Shown here: positions 16,801-28,400 of the stretch, piece after piece
Numbering within the stretch: the stretch's first letter is position 1
How the letters are laid out: every line of letters starts with the position of its first letter
Source of the DNA: an uncultured archaeon
GTDB lineage: Archaea > Nanobdellota > Nanobdellia > Pacearchaeales > GW2011-AR1
Assembly (NCBI GenBank): GCA_902385625.1
Contig: CABMGE010000014.1
Location: 84 to 64,083, forward strand
Direction: 5' to 3'
DNA length: 64,000 nucleotides
Notes under the pieces: model-generated
Database searches by the model: none
What the model was told of the DNA's origin: nothing
The model's input: only the letters and a program-made list of their open reading frames with translations
Program-made: the position numbers and the translations under genes

Positions 16801-18591
16801 TTGGTTTAAATTACCTGCAGAATCATTTGCATAAGCAATATAATTATAAGTTCCATCTAAAAGCATAAAATCAGTTGAATAATCATAACTCAAATTATTG
16901 CTTCCATTATACCACCATAAAGAAGAAACTTCACTAGTATTTGCGAGTTCAACACTAACAATTGAAGTGTTATATGAAATGTTTAATGGATAAATAAAAC
17001 TAATTCCCGGAGGTGTTCGATCCACTATGAATGTAATATTTCCCTGTGTTGACCAATCATTAGCCCCAAGTGTATTATTACACCAAATATTCCATTGGTA
17101 AGTTCCATCATTTAAATCTTTTGTAAAATAATTAGCTGAATAATTTGCAACATTAGTGGTTGAATTATTTTTACTCCAGACTCCTGCAAAATTACCCCAT
17201 AATTCACAAGTTGAAATTCCATCACTTGCCATTGGAGTGTAGTTGAACTGAACAGTTGAATTTCTATAATACCTGTCTGCAGCAGGAGAATTAAGGCTTA
17301 TTTGAGGTGGAACTGTTTTTATTCCAAAAAGAACTGTCTTTACAGCTAAATTATTAAGAGAATCATTACAATAATAATTAATTGAATATGTTTTGTCAGG
17401 CAAGATCAAAGTATAATTAAAACTTCTATTGAAATTATTTTGCATTGTATAATTATTTGTAGAATTAAGTGCAATCCAACAATAAGAATCTTCATTTGTA
17501 GTTATATTAAAAAATATTATACTTGTAGTATAAGTTTTCTCTTCAGGAATATTAACACTAATAAGTGGAGAAGTTGAATCAATAAAGAAAGTTACATTTG
17601 TTGAATTCAAGTTTCCAACAGAATCATTTGCATAAGCATAAATTATGTTTGTCCCTTCATTAAACAATTTAATAATAGTAATTAAATAGGTTTCATTCCC
17701 AAGTCCACGATTAAACCACAAGTTCTTTCCATCTGAATTAGTTAAAAGATTTATAGATAGATTTCTAGTGCTATAAGATTTATTTATCGGAGAGTTAAAT
17801 GAAATATGTGGAGGAATTGTATCAATTCCAAAGATCCTATATGTGGAATTCAGATTTCCAAAACTATCATTACAGGAAAAAATAATTGTATGACTTCCAT
17901 CAGATAAACCTGAATTTGTAAAGTTAAAATAAGTATTATTTGTTGAAGAAATTGTTATATTTGGATAAAAGTCTAAACTATATCCACACCAGCTAGCATT
18001 TTTGTTTGTGTTAAATGAAAAATTAATTGAATTTATCCTATAAGTAAAATTTAAAGGGGACAAAATGCTAATTGAAGGAGGAATAATATCTCCAACACTT
18101 ACATTATAATTTCTTGGTGCTGAATTATTTAGATTAGTTAAATTTCCATTTCCATAAGCATACCAGGAATAAGTATAATTCTTACTTGAAGTAAAGTTAT
18201 AACTTACATTGTAAACATTTGCAGAAGTATTTGTTGCAATAATATTGGTATTATTAATAACAAACCAAACAGTTCCATTTGTATTGGCCACAGTTGTATT
18301 GAAATATCCTCTTCCAAGTCCTGCCTGTACTCCATTGTTATCGTAATAATTTGAAAAGATTGGATAAATGCTATCTGGAAGTGTTCCATTAATTATTGTA
18401 ACGTTCCAAGAGTTAGTTATATTATTAATACTTCCTTCAGAAGTTTTATTTGCATAAACAAAAAATGTATAATAGTTAAAGTTTCCAGTTGCATCAACTA
18501 ACCAGGTTATTATTTTTGATTCTCCTAAATTCAGAGTGAGATTATATGGATTTGTGGTAGTAGTATAAAATGGAGTTGCACTTGAGTTCAT
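13861..18591 (-). CDS. C-terminal 1576 codons of the giant surface protein: Ig-like modules, Cys-rich stalk, multi-pass membrane anchor, cytosolic repeat tail
   Basis: Same frame as ORF 18736-30228, with no stop between 18592 and 18735. Starts inside a repeated domain (MNSSATPFYTTTTNPYNLTLN) and has no signal peptide. Hydrophobic helices lie near 14180-14500. Confidence 0.8.
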   Translation of the reverse strand: MNSSATPFYTTTTNPYNLTLNLGESKIITWLVDATGNFNYYTFFVYANKTSEGSINNITNSWNVTIINGTLPDSIYPIFSNYYDNNGVQAGLGRGYFNTTVANTNGTVWFVINNTNIIATNTSANVYNVSYNFTSSKNYTYSWYAYGNGNLTNLNNSAPRNYNVSVGDIIPPSISILSPLNFTYRINSINFSFNTNKNASWCGYSLDFYPNITISSTNNTYFNFTNSGLSDGSHTIIFSCNDSFGNLNSTYRIFGIDTIPPHISFNSPINKSYSTRNLSINLLTNSDGKNLWFNRGLGNETYLITIIKLFNEGTNIIYAYANDSVGNLNSTNVTFFIDSTSPLISVNIPEEKTYTTSIIFFNITTNEDSYCWIALNSTNNYTMQNNFNRSFNYTLILPDKTYSINYYCNDSLNNLAVKTVLFGIKTVPPQISLNSPAADRYYRNSTVQFNYTPMASDGISTCELWGNFAGVWSKNNSTTNVANYSANYFTKDLNDGTYQWNIWCNNTLGANDWSTQGNITFIVDRTPPGISFIYPLNISYNTSIVSVELANTSEVSSLWWYNGSNNLSYDYSTDFMLLDGTYNYIAYANDSAGNLNQTSVIFNVDTSHPQFFNFSSNNASLIGSGVAFFNITANNTNGTVILNINGASIYARSVSPNVYSANYTFSANNTFIYNWTAYSNGTSCLQSLSPNQYYTINNTDVVNPNATLLAPENNSYLNNSINFTANLSDITPEYGDTESGIKNATLNVFNSSNDLINRTTVNYSPGTITTTVGIVVTLVDGVYKWFYNLFDFAGNSFVTENRTVTKDITPPLISITSPENNLESNNGTLIVSYTVSDINLDSCWYDDEGYSTGNILENCKNISEVMWIIGQHNVTVYANDSSGNVNNSLVRFSVDVMPPFVNLDFPSNNFSDDSSIISNVTFNCSVMENKNLKNISLYITDGLNNSFILNETKEISGESNFSSWTLTLPKGNYTWSCMAFDSVGNQMAGENYSLILNYTDLDEDNISDRIDNLYGRESNVVKEGVNNLNITISGNSTYGSYNDTQEIAFFDSDKKIMNFTHNFSLSKLDLNKVVIKEADNSLIVNLSDQLQMGYSKVIYINDNDFVDLCVKDSDLTDISQMSDSCTESDETNFSDCIGNNLGIIRGSLSCFDEGSVIRVENLRHSAIRGTVASSNNEVQNSNGVLGGGGSGGSSIKNKTIENNAIHGCLKNEDCKNTEYCFKNKCYTRECTDNSQCTDGKSCWEYRCVKLFDIKILDVSSTIGTGNFITFTYFLKGMANINNDVIVDFWLEKDGQRVTSGKDTIFIGNMEEKTEKAKLFIAKDTPPGRYELYVSVTYEKYSAESHRQIEIDKDGNVFSALNNIFFYIIPLLLILIFLLLIIVIKLEKKKIRNFFEYEEEWILTHRIFLAVFYLLVVSVGVIFALGFFGIISLPLLSDYIFNIRFFVKYVVGPYLFFIILVTLAIIGISIIMHNKMKKDYSGGAPARKNYLEHALKKISRRAPRSPRNAHQKINLWRKKGYDVDLLGRNKIPDKDKIEEWRRKGYDVSSLEKNSSVQKDKLEEWRKKGYDVDSLKRR
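13864..14058 (-). repeat. Three tandem 72-nt (24-aa) repeats encoding (E)EWR(K/R)KGYDV...
   Basis: ATCAACATCATAGCCC at 13879 and 14023, and ACTGACATCATAACC at 13951. Protein: INLWRKKGYDVDLLGRNKIPDKDK / IEEWRRKGYDVSSLEKNSSVQKDK / LEEWRKKGYDVDSLKRR. Confidence 0.9.
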
Positions 18592-18619
18592 TGAAACTGC
18601 TCCGTTTTTTATACTTCCT

Positions 18620-19460
18620 AAAAATGTTATTGTTACATATCCAGGCCCTTTGTTTATTCCGGCACTATTATTCTGATCGATTCCTGAATTATAAGAGCCT
18701 CCTCCGCCCCCATAACCAGAGTCATAAGATCCTCCTCAACCAGAGTATCCTCCGCCTCCGCCTGCTCCTGCACATCCTGTTCCACCTCCGCCCCCAAATC
18801 CCCCTAAAGGAACAAATTCACATGAACCTTCTCCACCAAGACCTCCATTTAAAAAAGATTTTGCAACTTCTGTTGCATCAATAGTTCCACAATCTGTTAT
18901 TCCTCCGTCACTAAAAAATCCAGCACCCTGTCCTGCACAACTTTTAGAACCAGAGTATCCGCAAACACCTGATCCATACCCATTAATCCCTCCAGGACAT
19001 CCAGTCTGACTAGTTCCTCCTGAAGAATTTATAAGTGCATTTGCAAAAATACTGCTTCCTGTATAAGACATTCCCCCGCCGCCACCTGCAATAACTAAGA
19101 TAGATGAATTATCATTATATGGAGACCTGACAACAAAACTTCCACCTCCACCTCCTCCGCCATAATAACCAGTGCCAGAAGGCATCTGTCCAACTAATAT
19201 TTTAATAACTTCTCCCCGATTTAAAGAAAAAGTTCCTTTCATTCTAGATCCATTACCACTTGGATTGAGATTCTTATCTGTTCCAGCAGCACCAAATGCT
19301 TCAATGGTATAAAGTCCTGTTGCAGGAACAGTAAAGTTTTGCGTCCCATTTCCAACTGCAACAAGGCCTTGTAATGTTGTTCCATTATAAAAAAGAGTAC
19401 AATTATTCTGAGTCGGCCCTAAATATCCTGTTGCATTGCAGGTTGTAAAATTATAGATAA
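18620..19460 (-). other. ALK/LTK-like TNF-like + glycine-rich domain, copy 4 (contains the in-frame TGA)
   Basis: IYNFTTCNATGYLGPTQNNC...NGTQNFTVPATGLYTIEAFGAAGTD...ILVGQM...GGGGGGSFVV...LVIAGGGGG...GGFGGGGGTGCAGAGGGGGYSG*GGSY... Confidence 0.7.
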
Positions 19461-22400
19461 TAAAAGGATCAAGTGTAACATTTATCTCTCCACAATTCGC
19501 CCTTGAGCAACTAACATTTACGCTAACATTAAAAAAATTATTTTGAGGAGCGTTTAGATTTGTCAAAGGATAAATTAATTCTAAACCTATTTTTGGAATT
19601 TTTTTAGTAAAAGTGACGCTTGTAAAATTTAAATTTCCAGAAGAATCATTACAATATACAAAAATAGTATTACCATTTTCTATTGTAGATACATTAACAA
19701 AATTAATTCCAGATACAACTATTGAAGAATTCCAAAGTCCTGATGAATTAGAATACCAGCAAGAAGCATTCCCATTATAATCATAATAAGTGTAATTAAT
19801 AGAATTTACTTCAGAGTTATAAGTAATATTTAATGGATAAATTATATTAATTGCAGGAGGAATAATATCTTTAATTGTTACATTTAATTTTGACGTTTGA
19901 TTTCCAATACTCAAGTTTGTTGTAGCATTTGCATAAACATAAAATTCAAATGGATTATTTGGAGTTCCAGTTGCATTAACAAACCAGGCAATAATTATTG
20001 ATTCATTTATATTTAAGGTTAAATTATATGGATTTGTTACATTTGTGTAAAAAGGAGTTTCATTTAAATTCATTGAAACAACTCCCCCTTTTCCACTTGC
20101 ATAAGTAATTAATACATACCCTTGCCCAGTATTTATTCCAGCAGTATTATTTTGATTAATGCCCGAGTTATAAGAACCTCCGCCGCCTCCATAACCTTGT
20201 GCATAAGATCCTCCGCCACCAGAGTATCCTCCGCCTCCGCCTGCACCATAACATCCAACTCCGCCGCCTCCACCAAATCCTCCTAAAGGAATAAATTCAC
20301 AAGAACCTTCTCCACCTGAGCCTCCATTTAAAAAAGATTTTGCAACTTCTGTTGCATCAATAGTTCCACAATCTGTTATTCCCCCATTAGTAAAAAATCC
20401 TGCCCCTTGTCCTGCACAGCTTTTTTGCCCAGAATATCCACAAATACCAGAACCATTCCCACTAGCTCCACCAAGGCAACCAGTCTGACTTGCTCCGCCT
20501 GAATAACCTGCTAGTCCATTTGCATTTACATTATTTCCAGTGTTATATGTTGTTCCCCCGCCACCACCTGCAATAACTAAAATAGATGAATTATCATTAT
20601 ATGGAGACCTGACAACAAAAGTGCCTCCGCCTCCAGCACCGCCATAACTGCTAGATCCATTAGCCATCTGTCCTGCGAGAATTTTAATAACTTCTCCTTT
20701 TGTCAAAGTAAATGTTCCCTTCATTTTTGCTCCATAACCGCATGGATTATGATTAACATCAGTTCCTGCAGCACCTGCTGCTTCGATGATATAAGATCCA
20801 GTTGCAGGAACAGTAAAGTTTTGCGTTCCATTTGAAACTGTTACAATTCCTGCAAGAGATGTCCCCAAATAAGCTAAATTACACTCAGTTTGATTAGGTC
20901 CAATATTTCCCATTTTATTGCAAGTTGTAAAATTATAAACAATAACAGCAGGGTCAAGAGTTACATTTATCTGCCCGCAATTTGAAACACTGCAGCTAAT
21001 GTTAACACTAATATTAAAGAAAATATTCTGAGTCGTGTTTATGTTTGTTGCAGGACTAATCCAATCAAGATTAATTCTTGAAAAAGTTTCAGAAATAATG
21101 GAATTAACTGTTATATTTCTTTTTTCAGTAGAATTAAAGTTTCCATATGCATCTGTTGCAAATGCTTGATAAGTATAATTTCCAGGACTAAGTCCTGTAG
21201 TTGAATTCTTTGATTGATTCAAATATAAATACCATTGCATTGAATTAAATTTCTGTAGATTGCTTGCATATAATTCATAAATCTCTGCAGAACTAAGAGA
21301 CCTGTTCCATATCATAAAATTATCTAAATAACCTGCAAATCTTCCCGCAGTTCCACTGTTTATATCCCCAAGTCTAAATGTTGTCCACGCAAAATTAGAT
21401 GTACCAACTGCCGAACCAGCAGTCTGTTTTACTCCATTCTTAGTCCAATTTATTATTCTATTTGTTCCATCATGTGAATACTGAAAGCAAAGATGTGTCC
21501 ATACTCCAGGAGTTAATCCCATAGATACTTTCGGAGACTGATCCCACCACTCAATGTCCCCTGAATTATAATTTCTTACTACATCAGCTATACCTGGAGC
21601 TGAATCAAATATTCCGCTAGGATTTGCTGAATTAGAATTAACCCAGAAACATATTGTGAATGGAAGTGTTGGTTTAGGCACATTTGTTATTACATAATCA
21701 TCAACTCCATCAAATCCAATTGCATTACCAAATCTTCCAATTGAATAATTGCATCCTGAAATCATATTTGAGCAATTCACAGTAATATTATATTTTGAAA
21801 TGTCTGTTATTTTATTTAAAGCGCTACCTTCACCCAACCCGGAAATATTATCAAAATTCATCATTAAGATCAAAGAATTATCATAAAGACTAAAATTCGT
21901 TCCATTCCAATTATAAATTAATGAATTAAGATTTTGTTCACTAATTGAAACATTAATTATAACAGAAGTATTTGTGGTATTAAAATAATTTATAGGGGTT
22001 GGATCTGAAAAATTAATCCGTGGAGGAATTGTATCAACAGTTAAGGTATGATTTTGAGTTGTGAAACTGTTTCCAGAATTATCAATTATTTTATAGAACC
22101 ACTTATACACTCCATCAACAAGAGTAACAACGATTCCAACAGTAGAAGTTAATGTTCCTTGAGGATAACTTATTGTAGTCTGATTAACAAGACTAGTTTG
22201 ATTCCAAATATTAAGAGTCGCATTTTTAATCCCAAGATTATCAGTTATATTTGCAGTGAAATTATAACTGAAATTACTTGAAATAGTATTGTTTTGGGGA
22301 ACAACTAAAGTTGCATTAGGAAGAGTTGTATCTGAAATAAATGTGACACTACTCGAGTTTACATTGCCTGCTAAATCTTTTATATAAATTCTCCAATTAT

Positions 22401-25400
22401 TTGTGCCTTCTAAACCAGAAATTCCTGTAATATTATTACAGTCAATTAATGAAGAATTAGTTATTCCATTATTAAGAGAGTACCAACAACCATAAACATT
22501 CGCTTCATTGTAACTATAATTAATTGTATAAACTATTGAATTATAATTTGTATTCGCAGGATAAGTTATTGAAATCTGAGGATATACCCGATCAACAATT
22601 AATGAGCGTGAAGTACCAAGAACAAGATTATTCGAATTGTTATCATAACATTCTACATTCCATGAATGAGTTCCTTCTCCAAGAGGTATGATTATAGAAT
22701 AAACAGCCCCACTATTTGGAGAATTAATAGTTGTATTCTCTTCTCCATCCAGTATAAGCGTACAATTTGTCGCAGTACCATTATAATATACAAAAGAAAA
22801 ATTAACGTTATTGTAGTTTAATATGCTTTGATCCACAGGGTTTAGAAGATTAACTGAAAATACAGGAAGATTTCCAAAGACTTGGAAATTAGTTATACTT
22901 GTAGAATTAATATTTCCAGCATTGTCTCTTATAAAAAATCTATAACCATAACTTCCTGTTGTTACGGTTTTTGTTACTGCAATTGAAGCAGAATTTCCAG
23001 AAATAGAAACTTCTGAATCATTAAGCCACGTTCCTGAAATATTTGATGAAAAGATATATCCCCCTAATAAATAATTATCATAAACATTAACAAGGAAACT
23101 TATCTGCTGATTATTATATACAGGGCTGCTGTCAGAAATGGAATTAAATGTAGGGGGATCATTATCGAATTTTACAAAAAATCTATCCGAGGTCCTCAAA
23201 TTATTTGGCAGGGTATTATCCCGAATATATACAGGAACACTTTTTTGCCCTGTATTTGAGTTAACTAGGACAGAAATATTCCAAAATGACCATTGTGCAG
23301 TACTTTTATTCCCCGAAGAAAAAATCATGGTGGTATTTGTAGAACTATTTAATAAACTTAAGTCAACAACAGAATTATTTATTCCTGAACTTACTCCATC
23401 ATCAGATGCATCTGAAGCATTAATTCCAAGGATTATATTCTGTCCGTTTCTAATATAATACTGACCTGCAGGGTAAATAACGGTCAAATCTTTTGAATAA
23501 GGAATACTTCTATCAATATAATAATGAACAGAGTCAGTTGCATTATTTCCTGAAGTATCATATGCAATTGCTCTAAAGTCATAACCTTCTGAAGCATTTG
23601 AAAACAATCTTGTCTGCCAAAGACAGCTATAAACTCCATTTGTGCCTGAATCAACAATGCTAACATTGCAAAGTGTGATGTAATTCATGCTTGAATTTTT
23701 ATACTGGAATAAAACATTGCGAATTCCATTATTATCTGTTGAAAACTCTTGGATTGTAAGATTCCCGTTGACAAAACTATTATTTGCAGGATTTATTATT
23801 AATACACTTGGAGGATTAAAATCTCCCTTGGCAAGTGGCAAGTAATCAGTATTCTTATTTTTGATAGTATATCCAAGATCGCATATCCCATCTGAATTTG
23901 AATCAATGCAGATATCTGAAAAATCACTTGAAGTTGGATTTGTCCAATAGTTTCCACCCATATTTGTTCCATTGATTATGTTTACTAAAGAAATTTTTGT
24001 TATATTCCAATAATTTTCATCAGATGCATCAAGCCGTAAATTAAGAGAATTATTAAGGTAATTATTATAAATCCAGTTTGAGGAGGATTTCCCCTTGACA
24101 GCCATTCCATATTGTTTGCTTCCAGTTATTCTATTGCCTGAAAAATTTGTATTACTCGAAGTGTCAAGATAATATGCAATTGAATTGTTTGTAAAATTAT
24201 TATTTATAGATGAAATATTATTACTGTTAAGGATATATAGTCCATACTCGGAATTATTATTAACTAAACTATTTGTGACTTTTCCTTTTTTTGAAGAATA
24301 AAAATAAATTCCATTATAAAAATTAGTGATAATACAATTTTGTATAGTTAGATTATCTTTTCCATTTATTTCTATCCCAATATCCCCGGGACTTCCATCA
24401 CCAATTAGAATTGAATTATTGCAATCAACAACTATATTATTTGCAAGTATTCTTAGCATATCCTGAGTGGTATTATAATTTCCATAACATAATGTAATAT
24501 TTTGAGCTACATTATAAAATCCAGAGCCTTGTGTAATTTTATTTTGATAAGTAGTTGGATCTGAAAGATTTATACAATTTGATGAAGAGGTATTTGAATT
24601 AGTTGAATTTAAGATTGTAACATTCCAAAAAGAGGTTATGTTACTGATAGTCAAATCTGTTGTTAAATTTGCATAAACAAAAAATGTATAAGTATTTGGA
24701 CTTCCTGTTGAATTAACAAACCAGGTTATCACCTGTGACTGCCCCTGGTTTAAGGTAATATTATACGGATTTGTTGTATTTGTATAAAATGGAGTTGCAC
24801 TAGAATTCATTGAAACAATTCCATCTTTAACAGATCCTGAGAAAGTTATTGTAACATAACCTGCGGATAAAATTGTATTTAGACTATTATTTTGACTTGT
24901 TCCATTGTTAAATGATCCCCCTGCTCCAGCAACTCCACTGCTGTCTGTTCCAGCTCCTCCCGAATATCCGCCTCCAGCACCACTTGCCCCCATATTACAC
25001 CATTCTCCTCCGCTGCCTCCACCAAATCCTCCTGCTCCTCCACTACCACAACTCCCTCCTGCTCCTCCACTACCATTTGTAATAAAAGCATTTCCTCTTC
25101 CAGAAGATGCACTAACAGTTCCATTTCCATAAAATCCTCCTCCCCCAGAGGATCCACTTCCTGCCCCTCCTCCATTTCCATTTATTCCTCCTGTATAAAC
25201 TCCCATTGAACCATTTAGTCCAGAAGTATTTAGAGATGCATTTTGTCCACTTCTCGGATTAGAATTTCCGCCGCCACCTCCACCTCCACCTGCTACAATT
25301 AAAGGAGTATTTTCTGATAATGCAACAAAACTTCCACCTCCACCTCCACCTGCACTATTTGCACTTGTTGTTCCTACCTGTCCCACAATAATTTTAAGTA

Positions 25401-28400
25401 TTTGTCCAGCAGTTAAACTAAATGTTCCAACCATTCGTGCACCCCTTCCTCCCGGATAAGAGGTAGTAGAACCATTTCCTCCAGAAGCTCCAACTGTTTC
25501 AATTATATAAGTTCCAGTAAATGGAACTGTCCAATATTGTGTTCCATTAATAACAGTTACTCCTGTTGCAAGGATTGTACTTGAATAACTCAAATTGCAA
25601 ACACTCTGATTTGGTCCAAACGGTCCCGTAGTATTGCAAGTTGTAAAATTATAAACCGTGGAGGTAGGATCAAGAGTTACATTTATCTGCCCGCAATTTC
25701 CAATTAAACAACTCACATTTACACTCACATTAAAAAATTGATTTTGACTTACATTAATATTATTTAATGGATAAATAATACTGAGTCCTATTCTTGGAAT
25801 CATTTTTGAAAAATTAATTGTTACAGAATTTAAATTTCCAGAACTATCATTGCAATAAACAGTCCATAAATTATTTCCATCACTACTATTAACATTTGTA
25901 AAATTAATTCCAGCATTAAGTATCGAAGAATTCCAAAGTCCAGAAGAATTAGAATACCAACAACTGCCCCCGGAGTTATAATCATAATAAGTATAGTTAA
26001 TTGAATTAACATTATAACTATAAGTAATATTTAATGGATAAGTTATATTAATTATTGGGGAGATAATATCTTTGATTGTTACATTAATTCTTGAAGTCTG
26101 ATTTCCAATACTTGAATTTGTTGTAGCATTTGCATAAACGTAAAATTCAAATGGAATGTTTGGTGTTCCAGTTGCATTAACAAACCAGGTAATAATTCTT
26201 GATTCTCCATTATTTAAAGTCAAATTATACGGATTAGTTGTATTTGTATAAAATGGAGTTACACTTGAATTCATTGAAACTGTTCCTCCTTTGACTGATC
26301 CTGAAAAACTAATTAAAACATATGCGGCACCATAATTACCGGGCATAGAATTATTCTGATTTGTTCCATTATTAACTGATCCTCCTCCACCTCCTCCTGA
26401 ATAAGGTTCACCTCCACCAAATCCTCCTGCTCCACCACCAAATCCTCCTCCTGCTCCTCCTGCATAAGCAACTGCACCACCTCCACCAAATCCTCCATCA
26501 GACGGATAATTTGTATAATTTATTCCACCAAATCCTCCAGAAATAAAAGATGTTCCCATCAAGGTATTTGCACCATTTCCATTGCCAACAGAACCATTTG
26601 TCAAAAGTCCAGCGCCTCCTCCTCCAGGCCAAGTTCCAGTACCGGTTGTTCCTCCGGATCCATTGCATCCAGGAGTACCACTTCCATCATTAGCTGTTGT
26701 TCCGCAAACAGTAAGAGAAGCATTTTTTCCATTTTGCAAACTTCTTCCTCCAACTCCACCGCCTCCGCCTGCAATAACTAAAGGATCATTATTTGACCTG
26801 ACAACAAAAGTTCCTCCGCCACCGCCTCCGCCCCCATCACTCGTTTTATTTCCACCATCCTGTCCAACAAGGATTTTAATAACTTCTCCTTTTTGTAAAA
26901 CAAAGTCTCCAGATAATACTGCTCCTCTTCCAGGACTTTTATCTAAATTCTGAAAAGTATTATTTCCTCCATTAGCACCACGAACCTCTATTCTATAGGT
27001 TCCTGTTGCAGGAACAGTCCAGTTCTGAATTCCATTATTAACAAAAACTTGTCCTTCAAGAGAAGTTCCAAGATAAATAGAATTACATTGAGATTGATTC
27101 GGCCCAAGTCTACCGGTTTTTCCGCAAGTTGTGAAATTATAAAGAGTCAAAGAAGTTGGATCAAGTGTAACATTTACTTGCCCGCAATTTGAATTGAAGC
27201 AACTTATATTAATACCAAAATTAAAAAAATTATTCTGGGTTACATTGATATTTGTTGTCGGAGAAACTAAATCTAAATTAATCTGAGGGGTATTTTCATT
27301 AATTGTAATAGTTCTTTGTTCAGTCAGGTTAAAATTTCCACTATTATCTTTTGCAAAAGCCTGATAAGTATAAGTCCCGTCAGAAAGTCCAGTAGTTGCA
27401 TTTTGTGACTGATTTACATAAAGATACCATTGTGTAAAGTTAAACTTGTTTAGGTTAGAAACATACTGTTCATAGATTTCAGCAGCAGACAGGCTTCTGT
27501 TCCAAACTCTTACTTCGTCAATAGAACCATTAAAATAATCCGAGCAACAACCACCTAAATTGTTGTTTCTCGCACCAACAGTCATACTTTCATTAGGATA
27601 AAATTTAAAGGCAGATTCACTTGTTTGATTCATTAATATTCCATTTAGATAAATTTTTACAACACTGGCATTTCCCACAATAGTTCCATAATACCACTGA
27701 TTTGCTAAAACAGTCCCGACTCCACTGCATGGGCCATCATTTGTAGCACAAAGACCATTACTTGTTACATAAATATATCCTTCATATCCAGAGTTATGTC
27801 TGTCTTTACCTAAAATTGCATTCCAATTACCTTCGATTAGTTTAGGATAAAACCAGAAAGATATTGTTTTTGTCTGATTTCCATCCCCAAAATCAATCGA
27901 ATTGTCACTGCTTAGATTAATATAACTTACACTTGAACGATTAAACCAATATGCTCCTCCATATTTTCCAGATGAGTTCCACTTTGCACCATAAACAGTT
28001 CCATTATTTCCATATTTACTTACATCAACAACATAAGTTGAATTTTCTCCAAGTGAAGTTAAATTATCAAAATTCACCATCAAAACCAATGAACCATCAT
28101 AAATCGTATAATTTGTCGAGTTCCAATTATAAGTAATATTGGCAGGATTCTGTTCAGATATTGTAAAATTTAGCTGGATAGAATTGTTTGAAGAAATTGT
28201 TCCATTTGCAGGGGTTGGTGATGTAAAATTGATTTGAGGAGGAATCATGTCAAGGCCTGAGTTAATAATTATAGTTCTTTTCTCAGTTGAGTTAGAATTT
28301 CCAGAGTTATCAGTTGCAGATGCCTGATAAGTATAAGTCCCGTCAGAAAGTCCAGTAGTTGCATTTTGTGACTGATTTACATAAAGATACCATTGTGTTG

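Noticed and set aside
18736-18738. TGA reassigned as a sense codon (for example Gly as in genetic code 25, or Trp as in code 4), or used for selenocysteine, as the explanation for the in-frame TGA in the giant gene.
   Set aside because: TGA closes at least seven other ORFs here: stops at 11761, 12182, 30237, 33887, 38957, 50989 and 55038. None of the conserved genes (leuS fragment, tfb, ftsY, srp54 fragment, rnz, ndk and others) contains an in-frame TGA. Trp is encoded by TGG where I checked. The paralogous residue is Gly rather than Cys, and I saw no obvious reason to invoke Sec. A whole-genome codon survey would settle it.
24879-25181. Alternative-frame and antisense ORFs inside the poly-Gly coding regions: 24879-25181 (-), 24905-25132 (+, Pro-rich), 26313-26498 (-), 26582-26953 (+, Pro-rich), 9949-10275 (-) and 18570-18884 (+).
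   Set aside because: They are by-products of GGN-repeat DNA read in other frames (CCN gives Pro on the opposite strand). They have no start context, and they lie wholly inside well-supported longer ORFs.
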